DNA from: Macrostomum lignano
Taxonomy: Eukaryota
NCBI GenBank assembly: GCA_002269645.1
Contig: NIVC01000071.1
Coordinates: forward strand, 1 to 47,607
Length of the DNA stretch: 47,607 nt
Direction: 5' to 3'
Shown: one piece after another, positions 47,501-47,607 of the stretch
Layout of the letters: every line of letters begins with the position of its first letter
Numbering within the stretch: position 1 is the stretch's first letter
Translations under genes and position numbers: made by a program
The notes under the pieces: model-generated
What the model saw: only the letters and a program-made list of their open reading frames with translations
Database searches by the model: none
What the model was told of the DNA's origin: nothing

Positions 47501-47607
47501 TACGTTCCCCTAACCTCAGGTCCTACATACTTTAAAAACGCAGCCACTGACGAACTATTGCAAGCTAAGCTATATAGAAGACCCATCAAGCGACGATCTA
47601 AATACCG

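Overview
Animal (eukaryotic) genomic DNA with GC-rich exons, AT-rich introns and many minisatellites. The style suggests a flatworm such as Macrostomum, but that is inference only. The minus strand from about 42,550 to beyond base 1 is one giant spectraplakin gene (Shot/MACF1/dystonin family), reconstructed exon by exon from GT-AG sites and phase. Its order is: several alternative first exons, a split CH1-CH2 actin-binding domain, a plakin domain with SH3, four very large phase 0/0 exons (~21.7 kb, ~7,200 aa), then the start of the spectrin-repeat rod, which runs off the window. The large exons hold clusters of plectin repeats separated by low-complexity inserts: a ~190-copy 11-aa repeat, a ~37-copy 12-aa repeat, and an acidic region with a dispersed, recurring TETxVLAVxL motif. 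About 8,500 aa are encoded within the window. Five or six apparent 1-nt losses, mostly in G/C runs, break the frame and are most likely long-read assembly errors. A three-exon SURF2-like gene lies head-to-head on the + strand about 350 bp from the most 5' spectraplakin exon. Best leads: the dispersed motif, the giant disordered spacer in frame-neutral exons, a candidate membrane-anchored CH1-less isoform, alternative first exons of the two vertebrate types, and the shared promoter. No RNA genes, CRISPR arrays or intact transposons were found.
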